Assembly: GCA_964392725.1 (NCBI GenBank)
Contig: CAYMPW010000005.1
Span: 3,658 to 67,657 of the forward strand
Direction: 5' to 3'
Source: an uncultured Methanomassiliicoccales archaeon
GTDB taxonomy: Archaea; Thermoplasmatota; Thermoplasmata; Methanomassiliicoccales; Methanomethylophilaceae
Length of the DNA: 64,000 nucleotides
The notes below the pieces were generated by a model that did no database searches, had not been told where the DNA came from, and saw only the letters and a program-made list of their open reading frames with translations. How positions within the stretch are numbered: the stretch's first letter is position 1; each line of letters opens with the position of its first letter. Of this stretch, positions 55,753-64,000 are shown one piece after another. The position numbers were made by a program, and so were the translations under genes.

Positions 55753-56882
55753 TGGCAGAACCTATCCAAACTTTTGATAAGATGCATACAGACAGTATGA
55801 CTGTCATTATGGGACCTCAACATCCTTTCTCACACGGTTTGTGGACTCTTAAAGTCGAAATCGATGGAGAAATTGTTACCGATGCAGAACCTATTGTTGG
55901 TTACTTGCACCGCGGTTGGGAAAAGGAATGTGAAAACAGAACATACGCAAAGATCGTCCCTATGACAGACCGTTTGTGCTATGCAGCATCCATGACCTAC
56001 AACCACTTGTTCTGTATGACTGTCGAAAAAGCTTTGGGAATCGAGATTCCTGAAAAAGCAAAATATATTAGAATTGTAGCAGATGAAATCTGTCGTATCC
56101 AGTCACACCTTATGTGGTTGGCAGCAGTCGGTACCGATCTTGGTAACCTCACTGTTTTCCTTTGGGCAATGAGAGAAAGGGAATTCTTCCTTGACCTCAA
56201 CGTTAGACTCACTGGATCAAGGATGACCACCAACTACAACCGTATCGGTGGTGTCAGAAATGATACAACAGACTACTTCGACAGAGACTGCATGAGATGC
56301 GTAGAGCGTTTCGAGAAAGCACTCTGGGATATCATCGCACTTGTTGACGATTCCGCTACTTTCGTATCCCGTATGCAGGGAATCAGTTTCCTTTCACGCG
56401 AACAGGTTGCAAACCTCGGTCTTACTGGACCCGCAATGAGAGGATGCGGTGTGGACTACGATGTCCGCCGTGATGATCCTTACGATGGATACGATGAAAT
56501 GGAATTCGAAGTTCCCGTGCTCACCGAAGGTGACGCATATGCAAGATACATGGTCAGAATTGAAGAGATGTTCCAGTCCTGTGAAATTATTCGCCAGGCA
56601 ATGAAAAAAGTGGAACACTACCCCAAAACTGCACCCTACAGGCTTAAAGTGCCCACAAAAGTTCCCGAAGGAACAGCATTCTGTAAGCTTGAAGATCCTC
56701 GCGGAGAGAGTCTTATGTATATTGCATCTGACGGTACAGACCAGCCTTACAGGCTTAAAGTACGTAGTCCTATTTTCACGAACGTTTCTGCAGCCAAGGA
56801 AATGGTCCAGGGATGCAGGATTGCAGATGTGCCTTCAATCATGGCTATGATTGATATGTGCCTCGGAGAAACAGACAGGTGA
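55752..56882 (+). CDS. nuoD: complex I-like subunit D
   Basis: 376 aa. GPQHP, GYLHRG and RSPIF motifs. TAATG overlap with nuoC. Confidence 0.9.
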   Translation: MAEPIQTFDKMHTDSMTVIMGPQHPFSHGLWTLKVEIDGEIVTDAEPIVGYLHRGWEKECENRTYAKIVPMTDRLCYAASMTYNHLFCMTVEKALGIEIPEKAKYIRIVADEICRIQSHLMWLAAVGTDLGNLTVFLWAMREREFFLDLNVRLTGSRMTTNYNRIGGVRNDTTDYFDRDCMRCVERFEKALWDIIALVDDSATFVSRMQGISFLSREQVANLGLTGPAMRGCGVDYDVRRDDPYDGYDEMEFEVPVLTEGDAYARYMVRIEEMFQSCEIIRQAMKKVEHYPKTAPYRLKVPTKVPEGTAFCKLEDPRGESLMYIASDGTDQPYRLKVRSPIFTNVSAAKEMVQGCRIADVPSIMAMIDMCLGETDR

Positions 56883-56883
56883 T

Positions 56884-58059
56884 ATGATGTCCTACAGTAG
56901 TATTCTTGATTGGGTCATGTTCACCGATCCTATGACGAACCCCTTCTATCCATTCGGCGGAGCATACAACCTCCCTTACGACTGGTGTTATAAGATTTGG
57001 GAGTTCCTCGGCGGAACAATCGCATGGTTGATTAACCTTATTTTCCCCGGAAATGTAGTATCTACATGGTTGATTTCTGAACCAGTGCTTAACGCATTCG
57101 CACTGATTCTTTTCATGCTGGTAATCTTCATTGTCGTGTTCGTTGGAACTTTACTATCCCTTTGGGAAGAACGTAAAGTTCTCGGTAGAATGATGGACAG
57201 ACGCGGTACACAGATCGGTCTTAAGGGATTCCTTCAGTGTGTTGCAGACGGTATTAAAACGTTCATGAAAGAGAACACAATCCCCAAGAAAGTCGACAAC
57301 ATGACTTACATGTGGACTTTGTCTCTTGTTATCGGAACATCCGTCCTTATCGCATGTATGATTCCTCTATCTGATAGATGGTTCGTCGTCGATTACGGCG
57401 TTGGTCTATTGATTATTATGGCGCTCTTTGCTTTGGCACCTTTCTTCATCTTGGTGTCTGGTTGGGCGCAGAACAACAAATATTCACTCATTGGTGGTAT
57501 GAGGGCTGCAGAGCTTATGGTTTCATACGAAATCCCTATGCTCATCCTTATCGGAACTGTCGCACTCATGGCTGGCAGTTTGAATATTAATGACATTGTA
57601 CACGCGCAGTATGATACAATGCCTTACTTCATTCCTCAGATAATCGGTTTCATTACATTCTTCTGGTGCGCTGTTGCAGAATCCGAAAGGACACCTTTCG
57701 ATCTTGCAGAAGCAGAAGCAGAACTTGTAGAAGGATGGCAGACCGAGTACGCAGGTATGAAATGGGGTCTCATTATGTTGGCCGATTATTTCAGAGGATA
57801 TGTTGCATGTGCAATGACCGTTATCCTTTACCTCGGCGGTTGGATGCTTCCCGGAGTTGGCGACTTTAACAACGTCATGCCCGAGATTGTGTTCCTTCTG
57901 AAAACATGGTTCGTGTTCTTCCTTATGATTTTGGTAAGAGCATCCCTTGCACGTGTCAGAACAGACCAGATTCTTAACCTCGGTTGGAAAGTATTCCTTC
58001 CATTGTCGGTGATTAACCTCTTGGTTGTTCTCCTTCTTGTAGTTGGAGGTGTGTTCTAA
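56884..58059 (+). CDS. nuoH: complex I-like subunit H
   Basis: About 391 aa from ATG 56884. WEERKVLGRMMDRRG and ESERTPFDLAEAEAELV motifs. Confidence 0.9.
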   Translation: MMSYSSILDWVMFTDPMTNPFYPFGGAYNLPYDWCYKIWEFLGGTIAWLINLIFPGNVVSTWLISEPVLNAFALILFMLVIFIVVFVGTLLSLWEERKVLGRMMDRRGTQIGLKGFLQCVADGIKTFMKENTIPKKVDNMTYMWTLSLVIGTSVLIACMIPLSDRWFVVDYGVGLLIIMALFALAPFFILVSGWAQNNKYSLIGGMRAAELMVSYEIPMLILIGTVALMAGSLNINDIVHAQYDTMPYFIPQIIGFITFFWCAVAESERTPFDLAEAEAELVEGWQTEYAGMKWGLIMLADYFRGYVACAMTVILYLGGWMLPGVGDFNNVMPEIVFLLKTWFVFFLMILVRASLARVRTDQILNLGWKVFLPLSVINLLVVLLLVVGGVF

Positions 58060-58799
58060 TGCCTATGAAATATCTTGATAAATATCCTAAGAGCTTGGCT
58101 CCTACACTTTGGGTTGTAAAACCTTTGGTTACAGTCATGAAGCTCTTTTTGAAGGTCATTCCCAGAAGGTCAATGACCATCATGTACCCTTACGAAAAGG
58201 AATGGGTCCCCGATAACTTCCGTGGACGCCCCGGACTTAGGTTCGACAAGTGCGTCGGTTGCGGAATGTGCGAAAGGATGTGCCCAACAGCCTGTATCGA
58301 AATGGTAGAAGTTCCCGGAGACGACGGTAAAATGGTCGCAAGACCACAGGTCAACCTCGGAAGATGTATGATGTGCGGATTCTGTGCAGAATACTGTCCT
58401 CTCGACGCTATGACCGTTACACCTGAGTACGAGTTGGCAGAGTACACAAGAGAAGATCTCATTTATGGACCCCGCAGACTCAACTTCGAAGGAACAAACG
58501 AAAATATGGAAGTTCATATCGAAGAGCACCTGATGTCTAACATCGCAAAAGGTATTCTCGATCAGCCTACATCTGCAGCAAAGACCGATAGGCCTGTTTG
58601 TGATGATGATGTATGTATCGGATGCCAGAAATGTGCAAAGGTATGTCCTGTCAATGCAATAGAAATGTATGAAAAAGGAGTTAACGACAAAGGTAAGCCC
58701 ATAAAGCGCCCCAAAGTCGACGACTCTGCATGTATTTCTTGTAGCAAATGTGTGGATGCATGTCCTAAAGACTGTCTCCACATCGAAGAGGTGTTATGA
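58059..58799 (+). CDS. nuoI: complex I-like subunit I with an additional C-terminal 2x[4Fe-4S] ferredoxin domain
   Basis: 246 aa. Four CxxCxxCxxxCP motifs starting at C65, C103, C186 and C225, where canonical NuoI has two. Confidence 0.85.
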   Translation: MPMKYLDKYPKSLAPTLWVVKPLVTVMKLFLKVIPRRSMTIMYPYEKEWVPDNFRGRPGLRFDKCVGCGMCERMCPTACIEMVEVPGDDGKMVARPQVNLGRCMMCGFCAEYCPLDAMTVTPEYELAEYTREDLIYGPRRLNFEGTNENMEVHIEEHLMSNIAKGILDQPTSAAKTDRPVCDDDVCIGCQKCAKVCPVNAIEMYEKGVNDKGKPIKRPKVDDSACISCSKCVDACPKDCLHIEEVL

Positions 58800-59128
58800 T
58801 GAGTTTCCTTAATGATATTTGGAACGGCGTAACAGGCTTCGCAGGATTCATTTACAACAACCCTGATTTGGTCGCATTTGTAGTGCTTGCAGCAATTGCA
58901 ATCACAGCAGCGATCTATGTGGTCAAAGAAGAAGAGGTTGTTCACAGTGCATTCTATTTGGCGCTTGTTTTCGTCTGTGTAGCAGTAACATACTTCTTCC
59001 TGGAAGCCGAATTTATCGGTACAGTGCAGATGCTTGTTTACGTAGGAGCAATCACAATTCTCTTCGCATTCAGCATTATGCTTACCAGAAGAAAGATTAT
59101 GGGTGACAAAGGAGGCGATTCCCAATGA
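58796..59128 (+). CDS. nuoJ: complex I-like subunit J, N-terminal part (J1)
   Basis: 110 aa, 3 TM, EAEFIGTVQMLVYVGAI motif. ATGA overlaps on both sides. Confidence 0.8.
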   Translation: MMSFLNDIWNGVTGFAGFIYNNPDLVAFVVLAAIAITAAIYVVKEEEVVHSAFYLALVFVCVAVTYFFLEAEFIGTVQMLVYVGAITILFAFSIMLTRRKIMGDKGGDSQ

Positions 59129-59406
59129 AGACTAAGACTATCGTTGGAATTTGTGTCGCAGTAGCTCTTTTGCTTGTTCTCGGTGCAGGTGCAATGGCAA
59201 CTCAGTGGGAAACAGCAAATGATGAACCTGTGGACATTCCATTCGCCCCCGATGCGGACGGTTCCTTGTCCGATAATTCGTTGAATATTTCATTGTTTGA
59301 AACATACGGCCCCGTATTGCTTGTATTATCTTTGTTGATGTTCGGAGCAATCGTTGGCGGTGTATGTATCGCAAGAGAGGAGGATGAACCTGATGATTCC
59401 AATTGA
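59125..59406 (+). CDS. complex I-like subunit J, C-terminal part (J2)
   Basis: 93 aa. LFETYGPVLLVLSLLMFGAIVG matches the NuoJ C-terminal helix. Confidence 0.7.
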   Translation: MKTKTIVGICVAVALLLVLGAGAMATQWETANDEPVDIPFAPDADGSLSDNSLNISLFETYGPVLLVLSLLMFGAIVGGVCIAREEDEPDDSN

Positions 59407-59695
59407 GTTCTATCTTGTATTTGCAGGAATTCTCTTCGCAATCGGAGTTTACGGTGTTCTCACCAAAACAAACTCCATCGTTATCTTGATGTGTATTGAG
59501 CTTATGCTTAACGCAGCAAACATCAATTTCATTGTGTTTGCAGCATTCAATGGTGATGTAGTCGGTCAGACTTTCGTTATCATGACAATTGCAGTCGCAG
59601 CAGCAGAAGTTGCAGTCGGAATTGCAATCCTTCTCAATGCATATAAGGCCAAGAAGACAACCGATGTTGACGAGCTCACATCCTTGAGGTGGTAA
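59393..59695 (+). CDS. nuoK: complex I-like subunit K
   Basis: 100 aa from ATG 59393 after GAGGAGG. CIELMLNAANI motif. Confidence 0.9.
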   Translation: MIPIEFYLVFAGILFAIGVYGVLTKTNSIVILMCIELMLNAANINFIVFAAFNGDVVGQTFVIMTIAVAAAEVAVGIAILLNAYKAKKTTDVDELTSLRW

Positions 59696-59697
59696 AT

Positions 59698-61749
59698 ATG
59701 TTCATAGAATATGCATGGTTAGTTCCGTTGATACCCCTTATTTGCTTTGTCGTAATCGGATTCTTCGGAAAAAGAACGCCAGAGGGCGGAGGATACATCG
59801 CAATTGCAGGTGCATTAGTATCTTTTGTGATTTCCGCACTCGTGTCTTACGAATACTTAACAAGCGCAGCATATGCTAACCACCTTGCTTACGAAGTTTC
59901 ACTTCAGTGGTTCGCATTCTCCTCGACAAGTGGATTCTATGCAATTAATGCAGGTATCTACATCGACAGTCTTTCGTGCGTAATGATGTTGTTCTCGTCG
60001 TTCATTTCGACTTTGATCTTCGTCTATTCAATCGGATACATGTCACACGAGGGAGAAAAGAAACCCAGGTACTACGCCGAAGTTTCACTCTTCTTATGCG
60101 CAATGCTTGGACTTATTGTTTCAAGCAACTTCCTTGAGATGTTCATCTTCTGGGAAATCATGGGTCTTTGTTCCTACCTCCTTATCGGATTCTGGAGCTT
60201 CAAGCACCCCAACGGCGACGAAGCCGCAATCAGTGCAGCTTCCGCAGCTAAAAAAGCATTCATTGTTACTCGTCTTGGTGACGTGAGTTTCATGGCCGGA
60301 CTCTTTGTACTTTTGTACGCATTCAAGAGTCTCGACTTCAGTGTACTCTTCGACCCTGCAAACATTGCAGCAGTTGATCCTACACTCATCGCTCTCGGTT
60401 CACTCTTCCTCTTTGGTGGAGTTATCGGTAAGAGTGCTCAGTTCCCCTTGCACGATTGGCTTCCTGATGCAATGGCAGGTCCTACAACAGTATCTGCACT
60501 TATCCACGCAGCAACAATGGTTAAAGCAGGTGTATATCTCACCGCAAGAGCTTTCCCCTTGTTCACACAGGTGGAATACGTTATGTTGATCGTAGCAATT
60601 ATCGGTGGAATCACAGCATTCTTTGCCGCAACAATGGCTATGAACAACATGAACATCAAGAGAGTCCTCGCATACTCTACCTTGTCACAGCTGGGATACA
60701 TGATTCTCGGTCTTGGAGCAGGCGGATATGTAATGGCTATCGGTATGAACACCAACAACCCTGCACTTATTGCAGCAGGCGCAGCAGGTTTCACTGCAGC
60801 ATGTTTCCACATGATGAACCACGCTTTCTTCAAAGCATTGCTCTTCATGTGTTCAGGATCTGTCATCCACGCATGCGGCACAGAAGACATGCGTCACATG
60901 GGTGGTCTACACGATAAAATGAAGGTCACATCAATTACGATGTTGCTCGGTTCACTTTCAATTGCCGGTTTCCCCTTCTTCAGTGGATTCTGGTCCAAAG
61001 ATTTGATTATCGAATCTGTAATGGAAGCAACCGCAGAACCAATCGGATGGATCTTTATGATTCTCTGGATTCTCGCAATCGTAACCGCATTTATGACAGC
61101 ATTCTACATGTTCCGCATGTGGTACATGACATTCAAGGGCCCAATTGGAGATGCTACAGAGCACTGCCACGGTGAATCCCCTAACACAATGACTGTACCT
61201 TTGATGATTCTTTCAGTATTCGCTGTATTGTCTGGTTTCCTTATCCTTATCGGACTCGGAGACGTTCTCAATATTTCGATTGTAGATGGAGCATTCATTG
61301 TGGGTATGCCTAGCGGTCATGATGCAATGTACTTCATGGAGCACTTGTTCACCAACCCCTACACCTACCTCACAATCGTGTTGGCATTGGTCGGTATTGG
61401 TATCGCTTACTTGATGTATGTTAAAAAATCAATCAACCCCGGTTCTTTCAACAAGAATGGTGAATCTTGGATTTACAAGGCACTCACCCAGAGATGGTGG
61501 TTCCCCGATATGTACAACCAGCTTGCACTCAAATTCGGATACGGCGTAGCACGCGGTGTCAACTTTGTAGATAGGCAGATTGTGGATGGTACCGTAAACG
61601 GTCTTTCCAGCGCAGTTATCGGATCTGGAGACACCATGAGTAAGATGGAAACCGGTAATGTCCGCAACTACGCGGGCGTTGTTATCACAGGAGTGATCTT
61701 GCTGACAATTATGGCAGTTGCCATGTTCTATGTATTAGGAGGTATTTGA
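59698..61749 (+). CDS. nuoL: complex I-like subunit L (antiporter-like)
   Basis: About 683 aa. WLPDAMAGPTTVSALIHAATMV motif. Confidence 0.9.
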   Translation: MFIEYAWLVPLIPLICFVVIGFFGKRTPEGGGYIAIAGALVSFVISALVSYEYLTSAAYANHLAYEVSLQWFAFSSTSGFYAINAGIYIDSLSCVMMLFSSFISTLIFVYSIGYMSHEGEKKPRYYAEVSLFLCAMLGLIVSSNFLEMFIFWEIMGLCSYLLIGFWSFKHPNGDEAAISAASAAKKAFIVTRLGDVSFMAGLFVLLYAFKSLDFSVLFDPANIAAVDPTLIALGSLFLFGGVIGKSAQFPLHDWLPDAMAGPTTVSALIHAATMVKAGVYLTARAFPLFTQVEYVMLIVAIIGGITAFFAATMAMNNMNIKRVLAYSTLSQLGYMILGLGAGGYVMAIGMNTNNPALIAAGAAGFTAACFHMMNHAFFKALLFMCSGSVIHACGTEDMRHMGGLHDKMKVTSITMLLGSLSIAGFPFFSGFWSKDLIIESVMEATAEPIGWIFMILWILAIVTAFMTAFYMFRMWYMTFKGPIGDATEHCHGESPNTMTVPLMILSVFAVLSGFLILIGLGDVLNISIVDGAFIVGMPSGHDAMYFMEHLFTNPYTYLTIVLALVGIGIAYLMYVKKSINPGSFNKNGESWIYKALTQRWWFPDMYNQLALKFGYGVARGVNFVDRQIVDGTVNGLSSAVIGSGDTMSKMETGNVRNYAGVVITGVILLTIMAVAMFYVLGGI

Positions 61750-61750
61750 G

Positions 61751-63253
61751 ATGGATTTCGCAATACCTCTGTTGCCTTTGTTGTTGATCATCCCTCTCGT
61801 AGGAGGTATCTTAACACTCTTTATGGGTGGAGAGAGGGCTAAATACGCAAAATACGTCGCAGGTGTAACCGCCGGTATCGCAATGGTACTTTCGTTGCTG
61901 TTGTTCTTTGCCGACGATTTGTCCGTATACAATATTACAATCCCCTGGATCCAGTCCGCGGGCTTGGTAATGTCTATTGCATTGGGCGTAGATGGACTCA
62001 GCATGCTCATGGTTGTTCTTACAACTGTGATGGTATTCTTGGTCATCATCTTCTCCGCATCCGAGAGTGACAAGCCGAATTATTTCCACTGTCTTCTCCT
62101 TGCAATGGAAGTTGGACTCATTGGTGTATACACAGCACAGGATTACTTCCTGTTCTACATCATGTGGGAACTTACACTCATACCCATGTTCTTTATGATC
62201 TCCTGGTATGGAGGCCCCAGAAGACACTATGCAGCAATTAAGTTCTTCATTTACACACACGTAGCAAGTTTGGTCATGTTGATCGGTATCTTTGCACTCG
62301 GTTTCGAAGCCGCTGCAATTACCGGCGGAGCAGTTGACTTCTCCTTCGAAGCTATATCCGTAGCATCTGCTGGATTCTCATCTGTGTTCCAGGTATTGGT
62401 ATTCGCATTGCTCTTCTTCGGATTTGCAGTTAAGATGCCTATCGTACCTTTCCACACATGGCTTCCCGATGCACACACAGAAGCACCTACAGCAGGTTCA
62501 GTTCTTCTGGCAGCTGTTATGCTTAAGATGGGTTCATACGGTATCATTAGAGTTTGTCTCGACGTTCTCCCTGAAGGAGCCGTATATTGGCAGCCCGTAA
62601 TCCTCGTGATTGCAATCGTTTCCATTATCTACGGTGCATTCGCATGTATCGCTCAGACCGATCTCAAGAAAATGGTGGCATTCTCGTCCATCAGTCACAT
62701 GGGTATGGTTTTGCTCGGTATCGGATGTCTTTCCGACGCAGGAGTTACATTCGCAATATTCCAGATGTTCGCACACGGTCTCGTTACCGCAGTGTTGTTC
62801 ATGGTCTGCGGTATGACCGGACACGTTCTCGGAACAAGAGAAATTCCACTTCTCGGTGGTCTTGCAGGAAAGATGCCTATCTATGCAGCATTCATGATGT
62901 TCGGATTTATGGCATCACTCGGTTTACCCGGTCTTGTTGGATTCTGGGGAGAATTCGGAGTTATCTTCGCGTTCTACGAATACGCAGTCTCTATCGACAT
63001 GATTTGGTTGATTCTGTTCTGTTTGTTGTCCCTTATGCTCACAGCAGGTTACTACCTCTGGGCTATGCAGAGAACACTCTTCGGAAAACTCACTGATAAA
63101 ATCGATGTTGAACACGCACACGACGTATCACTTACAGAAGGCATCGCACTCGGTGTTGTTTGTGCACTCATTGCACTCTTCGGACTTTGGCCCGACCTCG
63201 CCATTAATGTGATTGAAACATTCTCTGTAGGATTCTTCGGAGGCTTGATCTGA
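61751..63253 (+). CDS. nuoM: complex I-like subunit M (antiporter-like)
   Basis: 500 aa. FHTWLPDAHTEAPTAGSVLLA motif. Confidence 0.9.
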   Translation: MDFAIPLLPLLLIIPLVGGILTLFMGGERAKYAKYVAGVTAGIAMVLSLLLFFADDLSVYNITIPWIQSAGLVMSIALGVDGLSMLMVVLTTVMVFLVIIFSASESDKPNYFHCLLLAMEVGLIGVYTAQDYFLFYIMWELTLIPMFFMISWYGGPRRHYAAIKFFIYTHVASLVMLIGIFALGFEAAAITGGAVDFSFEAISVASAGFSSVFQVLVFALLFFGFAVKMPIVPFHTWLPDAHTEAPTAGSVLLAAVMLKMGSYGIIRVCLDVLPEGAVYWQPVILVIAIVSIIYGAFACIAQTDLKKMVAFSSISHMGMVLLGIGCLSDAGVTFAIFQMFAHGLVTAVLFMVCGMTGHVLGTREIPLLGGLAGKMPIYAAFMMFGFMASLGLPGLVGFWGEFGVIFAFYEYAVSIDMIWLILFCLLSLMLTAGYYLWAMQRTLFGKLTDKIDVEHAHDVSLTEGIALGVVCALIALFGLWPDLAINVIETFSVGFFGGLI

Positions 63254-64000
63254 TGGATATAACTTCAATATTCGGAGAATTCGCACCTTTGGCACCCATG
63301 ATTATCATGATTTTGGGAGCATTGATTTTGCCCGCGATTCAGTTCATCGGCAAAAACAGGTTGATTACATCAATAACGGCATTGATCTTTGTCGTTTTGA
63401 GCTTGATTGTAAACTTAATTATGCTTACATCTGACTTTACAGGAGTCTACATGGACCTGATGTCATACGACGCTTTCAGCGGTCTTATGATTCTCTTGTT
63501 CCAGATTGTTGTGATTCTTGCAGTCATGTTGTCTGCAGCAGATGTAGAATCCACAAGGATGCACGTCGGCGCATACTACTCCTTGCTTCTCGGAGCAACA
63601 ACCGGTATGATGTTCGTAGCATCTGCAAGTGATTTGTTGACAATCTTTGTCGGCGTCGAACTCACAAGTATTTCCTCATACGCACTTGTTGCAATGAAGA
63701 GGAAAGACCCAAGAGCAGCAGAAGCCGCAGTTAAGTACGTAATCATCGGTGGTTTGTCTACCGCACTTACGATTTACGGTATCTCTTTACTCTACGGTCT
63801 CACAGGTTCAACAAACCTTGAAGCAATCGGTGCAGTACTCGAATCCGCAGGATTCAGCTGGGCATTCGTAATTGCAATGATTACAATTATTGCAGGTTAC
63901 GGATTCAAGATTGCAGCGGTTCCGTTCCACATGTGGGCACCCGATGTATACGAAGGAGCAGCAACACCCGTTTCACTCTTCTTGGCAACAGGATCTAAGA
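63253..64000 (+). CDS. nuoN: complex I-like subunit N, N-terminal part (3' end outside the window)
   Basis: ATG 63253 overlaps the nuoM TGA (TGATG). The frame stays open to the window edge. PFHMWAPDVYEGA motif near 63920-63960. Absent from the ORF track because no stop falls inside the window. Confidence 0.85.
   Translation, partial: MDITSIFGEFAPLAPMIIMILGALILPAIQFIGKNRLITSITALIFVVLSLIVNLIMLTSDFTGVYMDLMSYDAFSGLMILLFQIVVILAVMLSAADVESTRMHVGAYYSLLLGATTGMMFVASASDLLTIFVGVELTSISSYALVAMKRKDPRAAEAAVKYVIIGGLSTALTIYGISLLYGLTGSTNLEAIGAVLESAGFSWAFVIAMITIIAGYGFKIAAVPFHMWAPDVYEGAATPVSLFLATGSK

Noticed and set aside
58796-59406. Split nuoJ, considered as a frameshifted pseudogene.
   Set aside because: The ATGA coupling is clean and both parts keep conserved helices. 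Split J subunits are known in archaea. It is kept as a low-interest finding only.
1-64000. Search for tRNA, rRNA, RNase P/SRP RNA, C/D-box sRNAs, riboswitches, CRISPR repeats, IS elements or integrases.
   Set aside because: All non-coding gaps are under about 180 nt and AT-rich. They contain no cloverleaf-like GC-rich segments, no T-loop GGTTCGAATC-type motif, no regularly spaced direct repeats and no transposase or integrase ORFs. A covariance-model scan would still be needed for certainty.

Overview
This window looks like a densely packed, syntenic core-chromosome segment of an AT-rich archaeon. The gene content points to Thermoplasmata, most likely Methanomassiliicoccales.

I call about 71 CDS, many joined by ATGA or TGATG overlaps. 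I found no rRNA, tRNA, CRISPR array, transposase or prophage. All intergenic gaps are under about 180 nt.

Gene content:
- **CoA synthesis:** coaBC and pantoate kinase.
- **Purine synthesis:** prs, purS/L/Q, purP, purH and folD.
- **Translation and RNA:** proS, trmI, trm5, kptA, csl4, a beta-CASP RNase and an RNase III.
- **Information processing:** PAN, MBF1, rpoK, rps2, two RPA subunits, XPD, TFS and PCNA.
- **Amino acid and cofactor synthesis:** serC-like/serA, nadC and proC.
- **Pentose phosphate pathway:** split transketolase and transaldolase.
- **AMP-salvage operon:** ribose-1,5-bisphosphate isomerase, form III RuBisCO and AMP phosphorylase.
- **Lipid-related genes:** geranylgeranyl reductase, uppS and a B12-domain radical SAM protein.
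- **Respiratory operon:** a complete nuo/fpo-like operon (A, B, C, D, H, I, J1, J2, K, L, M, N) that runs off the 3' edge of the window.

I do not see an obvious defence island or a self-evident new multi-gene system. The signals most worth a second look are:
1. None of the 70 stop codons is TAG.
2. The NuoI/FpoI subunit carries an extra 2x[4Fe-4S] domain, and the complex has no input module encoded in cis.
3. CpG-alternating motifs recur next to TATA-like boxes in many promoters.
4. A membrane protein is fused through a long Lys/Pro/Glu-rich linker to a nuclease-like domain.
5. A 501-aa protein has no recognisable family.
6. kptA is directly coupled to a gene for a TiaS-kinase-like protein.
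7. A 58-aa ORF missing from the ORF track is translationally coupled on both sides.
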